Shown: positions 8,635-17,700 of the stretch, piece by piece
Layout: the number at the start of each line of letters is the position of its first letter
Position numbering within the stretch: the stretch's first letter is position 1
Assembly (NCBI GenBank): GCA_963823665.1
Contig: CAWGMQ010000005.1
Location: forward strand, 1-64,000
DNA: 64,000 nt
Origin: an uncultured Planctomycetota bacterium
GTDB taxonomy: Bacteria; Planctomycetota; Planctomycetia; Isosphaerales; Isosphaeraceae
Reading direction: 5' to 3'
The notes under the pieces: model-generated
The model's input: the letters and a program-made list of their open reading frames with translations, nothing else
Told to the model about the DNA's origin: nothing
Databases searched by the model: none
Translations under genes and position numbers: made by a program

Positions 8635-8740
8635 TCATTCGCGGCACGCAAGTTCGGCGCAAAACCACAGCCTCTGGTCATTTCCAACACGCAGAAGGCG
8701 AGTGCCCGACGCTCGGCAACAGGTCGGTGTCTGACATTTC
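8635..8740 (+). repeat. ~155-bp TIR element, copy D (right two-thirds)
   Basis: TCATTCGCGG..GGCGCAAAACCACAGCCTCTGGTCATTTC..GGTGTCTGACATTTC. A likely left-end variant GAGGAGCC x2 lies at 8092-8107 on the other side of intron 2. Confidence 0.85.
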
Positions 8741-9212
8741 TTTGACGTGCCGTGCCCCCTTTCTTTCATTCGTGGGATTCGTCAGATTCGTGGTTCCGCT
8801 TCCCCGCTCAGCGCCACACAACACGACGATCCGACAGAGCCCCGCACTCCGCTTCGGCCTTTCGCCTTCGGACAGCCACCACTTGGCTCGGCCCATCGTT
8901 CGCGCTCGGTGCTGCGTAATCTCAGCCTCCCCTGTCACGTGACTATCTGGCGGCAGCCGCGCACGCCATGCTACCCGCCGATCATTCCGATTGCCGCCGG
9001 CCGAAGCCAGCCGGACTTTCCGCTGCGAACCGACTGCCGCCGAGCGGAAGTACAGGCGGGCCGAAAACAACGGGCGCGCATGGGCTGTGGGTCTGGTGAA
9101 ATGATGGAAATCCCGATGCGCCACATCGATTGACCGTGCGTCTCGACCCTCAACAGGGACCCGGTTCGGCGTCCTTACGGGTAGAATCGTACACGAAGGG
9201 GGGAGCAAAGCC

Positions 9213-9286
9213 GTGACCACCGTACGTACCGTCATCCACGACCGGCGAATCGAGATTCCCGCACCCGAGGACCTTCCCGACGGTAC
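9213..9286 (+). pseudogene. N-terminal stub of a small antitoxin-like protein, cut by the adjacent element
   Basis: GGGAG RBS, GTG start, MTTVRTVIHDRRIEIPAPEDLPDGT, then the element end. Confidence 0.5.
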
Positions 9287-9567
9287 GGGACGGAAACCGG
9301 GACGCGATTAGTATTTAGCTCGATCGGCCCTGGTATTCCCTGCTATTATACCAAGAACTGCTAGACCGGTTGCGCTTGAGCATGGAGCGAGGACGACCCT
9401 ACGGCGGCGACGACTGGGCACGGCGAACGGTAAAAGAGCTTGGCTTGGAGCACACCGTCCGCCCGGAGGGACGGCCGCGTAAGGTAGGCCAGCCCGGGAC
9501 CGATCCAGCTCGCTAAATTCGCGCAATACTCGAACACAAAACTGTCCCCGTCCCTGTTTCGGTCCCC
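9287..9567 (+). mobile_element. Internally deleted REP-associated tyrosine (Y1/HUH) transposase element
   Basis: Ends GGGACGGAAACCGGGACG and the reverse complement of CGTCCCTGTTTCGGTCCC match at 16/18. 9352-9516 encodes LDRLRLSMERGRPYGGDDWARRTVKELGLEHTVRPEGRPRK, typical of RAYT C-termini. Confidence 0.7.
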
Positions 9568-10005
9568 AAGACCGCATCGCCCGAGATCCAGCTCTATCAG
9601 TATGACTTGAACGACGACGCGTCGAGCAAGACGGCCGTTTCGCTCTCGGCGGTGACTGTCTCGGTCATCGACCACGCGATCGAGCTCGACTTCGGTGCGA
9701 ACGGATTGGGCGCCAACCCCAACACGACGACCGCCGACGGTTATTACGAGATCGATATCACGCTTCCGAATGGAACGACCGCGGTGCACAACTTCTACCG
9801 GATGCTCGGCGACGTGAACGGCGATGGAACGGTGGACGAGAACGACCTGAATGAAATCGCCGCCGAAATCAATCTGTCGAGGCCGAATGGGCTTGCGCCC
9901 CTGGGTGTCGACGTCAACGGCGACGGCACAGTGTCCGCGCTCGACCAGTCGCTGGTGGCCCGGGCGAAGGGACACAAACTGAAGTCGGGACTTTCGCTGG
10001 GGTGA
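9568..10005 (+). pseudogene. Orphan duplicate of the giant protein's C-terminal dockerin region
   Basis: Highly similar to 48592-49029, including ~30 nt past the stop; GDVNGDGTVDENDL..DVNGDGTVSALD. Confidence 0.85.
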
Positions 10006-10050
10006 TGGAAGTCCGGCCACCGATCGCAGGGATTCCGGGAACGACGGGGT

Positions 10051-10248
10051 TTCCTGAGCGGGGGGACTGGCCTGGTGCGATACCAATTCGAGGACCGGAC
10101 GTGGCGCGTGTTTTGGCGGGTCACCGTCGAGGGGCGTTCGACCGCCCAAGTTGTCGCGGAGATGGGCATCACTCCGAGCGCGATCCGCCAGGCGAAGTCC
10201 CGTGTTCTTCGGCGGCTGAAGGAAGAGATCGGCGAGTTGATCGCGTGA
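10051..10248 (+). pseudogene. ECF sigma factor region-4 fragment
   Basis: LVRYQFEDRTWRVFWRVTVEGRSTAQVVAEMGITPSAIRQAKSRVLRRLKEEI resembles the C-termini of the ECFs at 13517 and 50262. Confidence 0.75.
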
Positions 10249-10288
10249 CGTCTCTGATTGCCTGACCTGTTGGCGATTGCTGATGCGA

Positions 10289-11314
10289 TCAGTACGAATC
10301 CGCGCTGATCACCTCAGCCCCGTTGCGCGTCGACAGGGCCTGGTAGACGCCGATACGCGAACCGGGGCCCAGTTGGAACGGAGGCGAACCCGGACCCGCG
10401 CCGGGGATCAGTCCAATCGGCACTCCAGTGGATAGATTCATCGGCCACGTATCGATGGAATTCTTCACAAACCGGACGGAGCCGTCCAGGAACGCGAAAT
10501 TCGCACCCCCGGGATGCTGGCTCGATGCGCCAGCAAGATAGGCCGGGAAATTATTCCCGTCCAGGTTTGGCATCACGAACTGCGGATTCAACGGATAGAA
10601 AGTGGTGACGAGCGAGTCGGACGGCCATCCTGATGACCACAAATGCCAGGAATTGTGAGCGGCTGGGTCGAGGATTGCCATGGTGTGCTCGCCATACGCG
10701 ATCGTCTGGCTCAGTCCATCGGTGACCGAAGCCAGCAAAATAGAACCGTCGGGACCGAAGAGCCCGTTACAGGAGGAGAAGAGGGGGGATGGTTCATTCC
10801 AGGTCCCCGCGTTGCCTCCGTAGCTGGTGAAGCGCATCGTGTAGGTGCCCGGGTTAAAGAAGACCGGCGGAGGGGCGATGAGCGCTTGCTCGACCGTCGG
10901 ATCGCTTGGACACCACAGAGTGCTGATCGCGATCGCCGAGATCGTCCCGTTCGGCGCCGTGAAGAGGTTGATGTTGAAGTTCATCGCATTGTACACCGTT
11001 GCCTGCTCGTAATAAGGCGCCAGGGCCAGGAACACGCCGCTCGAGATGAAGGGGAACTGCACGGGACCTCCCGCCGCGATGCGCTGCATCGGCGTCCCGA
11101 TCGGCAGGCTGCCGGCGGCGGTTACGTAGTTATGCGTCGCCAGGGCGATCTGCTTGAGGTTGTTGGAACATTGCATGCGACGCGCCGCCTCGCGGGCCGC
11201 CTGGACGGCCGGTAACAAAAGCGCGATCAGAACAGCAATGATCGCGATCACGACCAGCAATTCGATCAGCGTGAAGCCGGCTGCGGCGCTCCGGCGGCGG
11301 GTGCTCGAAATCAT
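10289..11314 (-). CDS. DUF1559 (SBP_bac_10) prepilin-type N-terminal cleavage/methylation protein with H-X9-DG motif
   Basis: [71 protein letters not shown]. Confidence 0.95.
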   Translation of the reverse strand: MISSTRRRSAAAGFTLIELLVVIAIIAVLIALLLPAVQAAREAARRMQCSNNLKQIALATHNYVTAAGSLPIGTPMQRIAAGGPVQFPFISSGVFLALAPYYEQATVYNAMNFNINLFTAPNGTISAIAISTLWCPSDPTVEQALIAPPPVFFNPGTYTMRFTSYGGNAGTWNEPSPLFSSCNGLFGPDGSILLASVTDGLSQTIAYGEHTMAILDPAAHNSWHLWSSGWPSDSLVTTFYPLNPQFVMPNLDGNNFPAYLAGASSQHPGGANFAFLDGSVRFVKNSIDTWPMNLSTGVPIGLIPGAGPGSPPFQLGPGSRIGVYQALSTRNGAEVISADSY

Positions 11315-11406
11315 GGCTGCGAACTCCTCCGTCATCGTCGAATCGAGGAAACATAGGCTGACGTGTCTTACGCTTCAATGAAGTCAATGTCGTCTTGCAG
11401 CCGGCG

Positions 11407-13383
11407 CTAGTGCGGCGGAGACCACGGGAGCTTGGACGGGGAGCGCTCGGCGGCGGTCGCAACCACGCGACGCAGTAAGCGCTCCGCCTCTTCGCCGCGC
11501 CCGCTCTGCCGCAGCACGCTGGCGAGCTGCACGTGGCACTGTCCAGCGACCCGCTCGTCGGGGTTTGCCTGGCTATCGATCTCCGCGAGGACTTTGCGGA
11601 GGCCTGCCTCGGCCTCCGGCAGCCGGCCGGTGGCCTGTTGCCATTTGGCGATCGTCAAGAGAGCGCTCAAGGTGGATGGGCTGTGGGGCCCGTCCTTTTT
11701 CAGAGAAGCGTGATGGGCCATCTCGGCGAACTTCCCCGCTTCATCGTAGCGGCCGAGCTCGGTGAGAGCACGCGCGAGGCCCTCCCTCGTGCCGCGGACG
11801 CCGAAATGGCCGGCGTTGTGCATCCGCAAGAAGGTGTCATGTGCGGATCGGAGCTGGTGCTCGGCTTTCTCGAACTCGCCCTCTCTCAACAAGACGGTGC
11901 CGATGATCCATCGTTCGCTGGCATCGACCTCGGGCCAGGCGCGGCCTTGCGTCTCGATCCGACGGTCGGCGCGGTCGAAGATCGCCCCGACGGTGACGTT
12001 GCGATTGGCTCGCGACTCAACGGGATCGAGCGCGTCGAGTATCGTCTCGAAGAAGAAATCGTTGACGCGACGGGCGATCTCGCCCTTGTGAGTGGCCCGC
12101 CCGCTCTGCCAGATCAAGCCGCGAATACCCAGAATGATCGACAGCACCAGGCACGCGCCGAGCACGGCCTGAACCGGATGACGACGGCACCAGTACCCCA
12201 GGCGTACGAGCGGACCAACCGGCCGCGCCTGGACCGGGCGTCCGTCGAGCCATCGCTCGAGGTCGTCGGCAAGGGATTCCGCCGAGGAGTACCGCTGCTT
12301 CGGCTCCTTTTCCAGGCATTTCAAGCAGATCCGCTCGAGCGCCCGGCTGACCTTGGGGTTGTGCCGTCTCGGGTGATCCGGGGCGTCGTGGAGCACCCGG
12401 TGGATGACCTGGACGAGCGAGTCGCCCTGGAACGGGGTGCGTCCCGTCAGCATGACGTAGAGGATTGCGCCCAGGCCGTAGACGTCCGAAAGGGTCGTGA
12501 TCGCGTGCCGGCTCCCCGATGCCTGCTCGGGCGCCATATAGGGCGGGCTGCCCACGATTGCTCCCGACGGCGTCAAGTCGGTCGCCTCGCCGACCCACTT
12601 CGCAAGGCCAAAGTCGGTCACGTGCGGCGCACCTCGCTCGTCGATGAGGATGTTCGGCGGTTTGAGGTCCCGGTGAAGGATGCCGCGCTGGTGGGCGTGC
12701 TGTACCGCCCTGGCCACTTCGATCATGAAAACCGCCGCGGACTTCGGATCGGACTGGTACCTCTCGAGATGACCGGTGAGGCTCCCGCCGGAGATCAAAG
12801 GCATGCTGAAATAGCGGCGGCCGTCGAACTCGCCGACCGCGAGGATCGGGACGATGTTCGGGTGGTCGAGCGCGGCGAGCGCCTCGGCCTCGCGCTGGAA
12901 TCGGCGCAGCTCGTCCGGTTCGGCCAGCATCCCCGCCCCCAGGACCTTCAGGGCAACGACGCGATCGAGCTCCTGCTGGCGAGCCTTGTACACCACGCCC
13001 ATCCCGCCGCGACCGAGGACACCAAGGATCTCGAATTCCCCGAACCGATCGACGGGCAACGTTTCGGCCCCGGCTTGTCGGTCGGAAGAGCGATCGTCGT
13101 CGAAGGAGTCCTCGCCCGTTACGGACGACCAATCGTTTCCGTCGAGCGGCATTCCCCCGGCCGGCCACGCGCGGCCTGCCGCTCGGATGTGGAGCAGGGC
13201 CGTTTGGCCCAGCGAGCCGGAGAGCCGCGCATTTCCGACCCTGGAGTCGGCGGTCATCTCGTCAAGTGCACGCTGACAATCCGGACATTCCTGGATATGC
13301 GAATCGAGGCCCGACCGTTCAGTGGGCGCCAGGTCATCGAGGATCAGGCGATGCAATTGCTCCGGTGGGGGGCAGATTCTCAC
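11407..13383 (-). CDS. Hanks-type Ser/Thr protein kinase with N-terminal HxxxCxxC zinc finger, TM helix and C-terminal TPRs
   Basis: GRGGMG, VALK, HRDLKPPN, DFGLAK, YMAPEQ motifs; HIQECPDC. Confidence 0.95.
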   Translation of the reverse strand: MRICPPPEQLHRLILDDLAPTERSGLDSHIQECPDCQRALDEMTADSRVGNARLSGSLGQTALLHIRAAGRAWPAGGMPLDGNDWSSVTGEDSFDDDRSSDRQAGAETLPVDRFGEFEILGVLGRGGMGVVYKARQQELDRVVALKVLGAGMLAEPDELRRFQREAEALAALDHPNIVPILAVGEFDGRRYFSMPLISGGSLTGHLERYQSDPKSAAVFMIEVARAVQHAHQRGILHRDLKPPNILIDERGAPHVTDFGLAKWVGEATDLTPSGAIVGSPPYMAPEQASGSRHAITTLSDVYGLGAILYVMLTGRTPFQGDSLVQVIHRVLHDAPDHPRRHNPKVSRALERICLKCLEKEPKQRYSSAESLADDLERWLDGRPVQARPVGPLVRLGYWCRRHPVQAVLGACLVLSIILGIRGLIWQSGRATHKGEIARRVNDFFFETILDALDPVESRANRNVTVGAIFDRADRRIETQGRAWPEVDASERWIIGTVLLREGEFEKAEHQLRSAHDTFLRMHNAGHFGVRGTREGLARALTELGRYDEAGKFAEMAHHASLKKDGPHSPSTLSALLTIAKWQQATGRLPEAEAGLRKVLAEIDSQANPDERVAGQCHVQLASVLRQSGRGEEAERLLRRVVATAAERSPSKLPWSPPH

Positions 13384-13516
13384 GGCTGATACTCCCGCTG
13401 CGCAGGGCCTGGCGCCGCCCGATCTGTCCGGGAGCTTACACAGTTCCCGACAAATTCAACGGCCTGGTGAGCCCTGGCTGCCAACAACGACGTCGCGCTT
13501 TCGCGCCGCTGCTTTG

Positions 13517-14110
13517 TTACACATCAAGACGGCGGAGTTCTTCGCGAACCAACTTCTGCACTTTGCTCTTCGATGAGTACACCGTACTGACCGGCATTCC
13601 GAGCGCCTGGGAGACATCCGCGCCCGATTTCGATTCCAGTGCCGTCAACCGGAATGCGTTCCATTGCTGGATCGGGACCCGCTGTCGGACCCGCCGCAAA
13701 GCGCCGTCCAGCAGTTCCCGGTCATAAGCCGCTTCAACCGCCTGGACAATTCCCTCCCGCGCCTCGGCGTCTTGCAGCATCCGCTCGACAGCGCCGTCGC
13801 CCGAGCCTTGCCCCCGCTGACGCTTGGCGAGGTCGTTCACCAGGACGCGACGGGTGACGGTCTTGAGCCAAGCTCGGAAGCTCTGCGAAGGATCGTAGCG
13901 GAACCGGCGCATCTTTTCAACCAGCCTAGCCAGGACCGCCTGCGTGACGTCCTCGGCGTCAGCCGGCTGAAGATGCCAGCCCACGCAGAACCCGTGGATC
14001 AACGGTCGGTAACGCCGGACGAACTCCTCCCATGCCGCTTGGTTCTGAGGATCGTCGCGCAACTTTCCGAGTAAGGTCACGCTTGTGGAACCGGTATCGC
14101 GCCGATCCAT
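13517..14110 (-). CDS. ECF sigma-70 factor (kinase-associated planctomycete type)
   Basis: STSVTLL..AWEEFVRRY..DAEDVTQ..SFRAWL..region-4 HTH; directly upstream of the kinase. Confidence 0.95.
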   Translation of the reverse strand: MDRRDTGSTSVTLLGKLRDDPQNQAAWEEFVRRYRPLIHGFCVGWHLQPADAEDVTQAVLARLVEKMRRFRYDPSQSFRAWLKTVTRRVLVNDLAKRQRGQGSGDGAVERMLQDAEAREGIVQAVEAAYDRELLDGALRRVRQRVPIQQWNAFRLTALESKSGADVSQALGMPVSTVYSSKSKVQKLVREELRRLDV

Positions 14111-14303
14111 TGGCGAAACCCCTCGAGAATCGTCGTCGGTCGGAGCACCCGCAAGCCAGCCATCGCGCGAGCCGATTCCAAATCAATTTGCGCTAATTAA
14201 CGTAATGATCCTTTCCGCCGCTTGCAAGTTCTCGGTAGGAAAAAGCGCAGAAAAAAACGGGAAGGTATTCCCTCGTGGCGCTGTACTAAGTGTTGGGTTC
14301 ATC

Positions 14304-14424
14304 TTGAACGACGACGCGTCGAGCAAGACAGCCGTCTCGCTCTCGGGGGTGACTGCGCTGGTGATCGACCTCGCGATCGAGCTCGATTTCGGTGCAAGCG
14401 GCCTGAGCGGCAGCCCCACCACCA
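14304..14424 (+). repeat. Third, ~120-bp copy of the giant gene's pre-dockerin segment
   Basis: Matches 48631-48751 and 9607-9727 with scattered substitutions. Confidence 0.85.
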
Positions 14425-14713
14425 ACCCTTGATTGATTGACTGCGAAAGAACTGGACCGCATCCGGGTGAGCGTCGAACGAGAGAGGCCGGTCTTACGGC
14501 CGGAATTCGCGGACACGCTCTGAGGTCGACTGCTCGCGCGACGGTGAGCTCGCCCGTGCGGTCGCTGTGCGCGCTGGGCGATTCTGGTGGACAAAAAAAG
14601 CTGTCACACATCCGACAAATCTATGGAAGAGAGCGCTCGCCAAGGTGGGGCCACGACGCCGCGCGTCGAATTCGAAGCCGTTTTCAACTCTGTGCCACAG
14701 CAGGAGCTTTCCC

Positions 14714-17700
14714 ATGTCACGCCGCTGGTTTGAACGCTGGCCGAAGAAGAGCGAATTTCGAAAGGCTCGCCGGCGAGGGGAGCTGAAGCCGGGCGCCCCG
14801 AGGCCGCTGCGCTTGGAAGTGCTTGAAGCCCGCGTCCTGCTCACGCTGCCGACGGGTAACGCGAGCACCAACTCGATTTACATCCCTGACACGAATTCTG
14901 ACCAGCTTTACCTGAGGACGGTCCCGGACTCCCAGCACCCGTACGACGATATCCAGGGGAGCATCGACGATTCTACCTGGCAAGACCTGGGCCTGAACAC
15001 CGGCGCCGATGCCACGATCGAGCTTGGGGACATGCAGGTGGCCCATCTGGTCGGGTTCACCGGGATGGGGAACAACATCACCTTCGAGGGCGCCGGAGTC
15101 TCGGGCGGCGCCGGCGGCCAGTCCGGCTCACCCAGCGATTTCAGCATCGACGGAGACGTCGAGACGAATGGGGGGAACTTTACGGTCCAGTTCGTCCAGG
15201 GCATTGACGTGTCGGCCAATGTCGTGATCTCGACGCGAAACGTTGGCACGTCGACAGATCTAATCAGCGGCGCCTCTCTAGGCAGCTCGGGGTACATCGA
15301 CCTGACGTCCACGAACCCGAATATCCTGGACCCCATCGGCGACGTTAACTTGGAGCAGCCGCACGTTACCCTCGATGACGGCAGCGAGCTGCTGGCCCAG
15401 AGCGATAACTCCGCGTACGCATCGGGAAAGGTGACGCTGGACGCCCAGAACACGAATTACGCCCTGGGGGCCCCGGTAGGTTCGTCGCTCGCAATCCTGG
15501 TGCGCGATTCCAACGTCAATTTGAACGGGGCGACCATCGTTGGCGGCGCGGTGACGATCGAGTCCGACGCCGGCGATCAGAGCCTGCTGGGAGACCTTTC
15601 ATCGCTTAACAGCACCGGCGCTGCCGCCGCCAGCATCCTCGCGTCCGTCGCCACGTACCTGGGAACCGAAGTCTCGGCACCGTTCACCATCGCGTACAAG
15701 GCATCCGACGCTTCCGTGACGCTGGGTCAAGGATCAGCCCTGGACTTTGCGCCCTCGGACGTGGGCTCCTCGGGTGCGATCACGTTTTCCTCGTACAACG
15801 CCCTGCGGACCGGCGACGCGGTCACCTATTCGAGCAATGGCGGCACGGCGATCGGCGGACTCACGAGCGGTGCCACGTATTACGTGATCGCCAGTTCGTC
15901 GACGGCCACTTCGTCGACCCAGGTTCAGCTCGCGGCGACGCTGGCCGATGCGCGTGCAGGGACTCCGCTTACTGGCCTGGACACCGAGGGGGCAGGCCTC
16001 AGCCAATCGCTCACCCCAGACACCGCGATCGACAGCTCCGCGACGGTCACCGCGCAATCAACCGCGGCGGAAGATGCCGACGGCGAGGCCGAATACTTCG
16101 GTCAGCTTGGCCTGGGAGAGACGTTCGGGAACTATGGGGCCGCCATCGGGGTCGGCATCGGCGAGCCCACGGCCACGACGACGGTCAACAGCAACACGAT
16201 CATCACGGCCGGGCAGGACGTGAACGTGACATCGTCCGCCACCTCGAACACGCAGACGCAGGCCGAGGTCGAGCAGAATGCGGGGAACGGAACCTTGCTT
16301 CCGAATCCGGATGGTACTGTCACACCCAGGACACAGCTTTCGGTCGCGGTTGGCTTTAGCGAGGTCACGGCGATCACGACCGTCGCGCGATACTCAGAGA
16401 TCGATGCGGCCGGAAGCGTGGCGATCACATCCACCGGCAATAACACCAATGAGAGCACAGCCGAGACAGCTTCCTATTCGGATGGGACAGCGGGAGCGGA
16501 CTTTGCCATCAACGACAGCCACGGTGACGTGGAGACGAGCGTCGACGGGACCGTGATCTCAGGTGCGGCCTCCCCTGCCCCTGGGCAAAGCGGATCGACC
16601 CTCAACTCGGCGAGTTTCAATCCCTTTACGGATGTCAATACATCGTCGGCTTCAAACGATCCGAACACGATCGACCTCGGGAGCACCGACCCCGGGTTCA
16701 CGACCGGCGAGGCCGTGGTTTACGACAGCGGCTCCAACGGCCCGATCAACGGGCTCGTCTCCGGCGATACCTACTACGTGGACCTCGTCGCGACCACGCC
16801 CGACTATCTGATCGAGCTCATGAACTCGGCGGCCGACGCGACAAGCGGCACGAATCCCGTGACGTTCAACCCTTATCCGACCTTGAGCGCAGGCTCGGCG
16901 GCGGCCGCGCCGTTCGACGAAGTCAATCCGGTCAGCGAGACCTTCGCGGCCGGCAGCGCCGTCGCCAACAACGAGATCGACCTGGGCACCGACGACGGCT
17001 TGACGACGGGCGAGCCGGTCATCTACACGACCGACGGCGATGCGATTGGCGGATTGACGTCGAACAACACCTATTACGTGGTGGTCGTGAACTCGACGAC
17101 GATCGAGCTGGCAGCCAGCTATGCCGATGCAATCGCCCCAAATCCGAGCGTCATCGCGCTCGACCCGACGCAGGCCAGCGGCAGCCAGAACATCGGGCCC
17201 ACCGGCACCGAGTTTGGCATTCAGACGGCGCCGACGGTCGAAAACAACCAGATTAGCTTCGGGATCGCCGACGGGTTTTCCACCGGCGACTCGGTCTATT
17301 ACAGCACAACGGGCACGCCGATCGGCGGATTGGCGAACGGCGGCACGTACTATGTGGTCGTCGTCGATTCCGCCACGATCGAGCTGGCCAGCTCGTACGC
17401 GAACGCCACGGCGTCCTCGCCGACGGTGATCGCGCTCGACGGCTCGGTCGCGACGGGCGCGCAGACGATCGAGGCCCGGACGCCGATCGTGTTTCCGTCA
17501 GCTCCGGGATACACGCAGGGAGAGGCGCTGGTTTATCACCAGGCCGCGGGGCAACAGATCAACGGGCTTACCGACGGCGACACGTACTACGCGATCGTCG
17601 ACGGGGGAGAACCTGATAACCTGGGTCTCTCGCTTGCGCCCAACGGCCCGCCGGTCGCGCTGGGGCTCAGCCCGACGCTCACTTCCGGCACGAGCTCGTT

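Noticed and set aside
8760..8800. Short ATTCGT(G) iterations
   Set aside because: Only three imperfect units; too short to assign a function.
11533..13389. Long antisense/shadow ORFs (for example 618 aa here, also 52336-53964, 40645-42357, 44584-46191)
   Set aside because: They lie opposite well-supported genes and are expected from high-GC codon bias; no motifs.
14304..14424. Possible DGR template/variable repeat pair with 48631-48751
   Set aside because: Mismatches are not adenine-specific (G/C, C/T and G/A changes, mostly third-position), and no intact RT is present.
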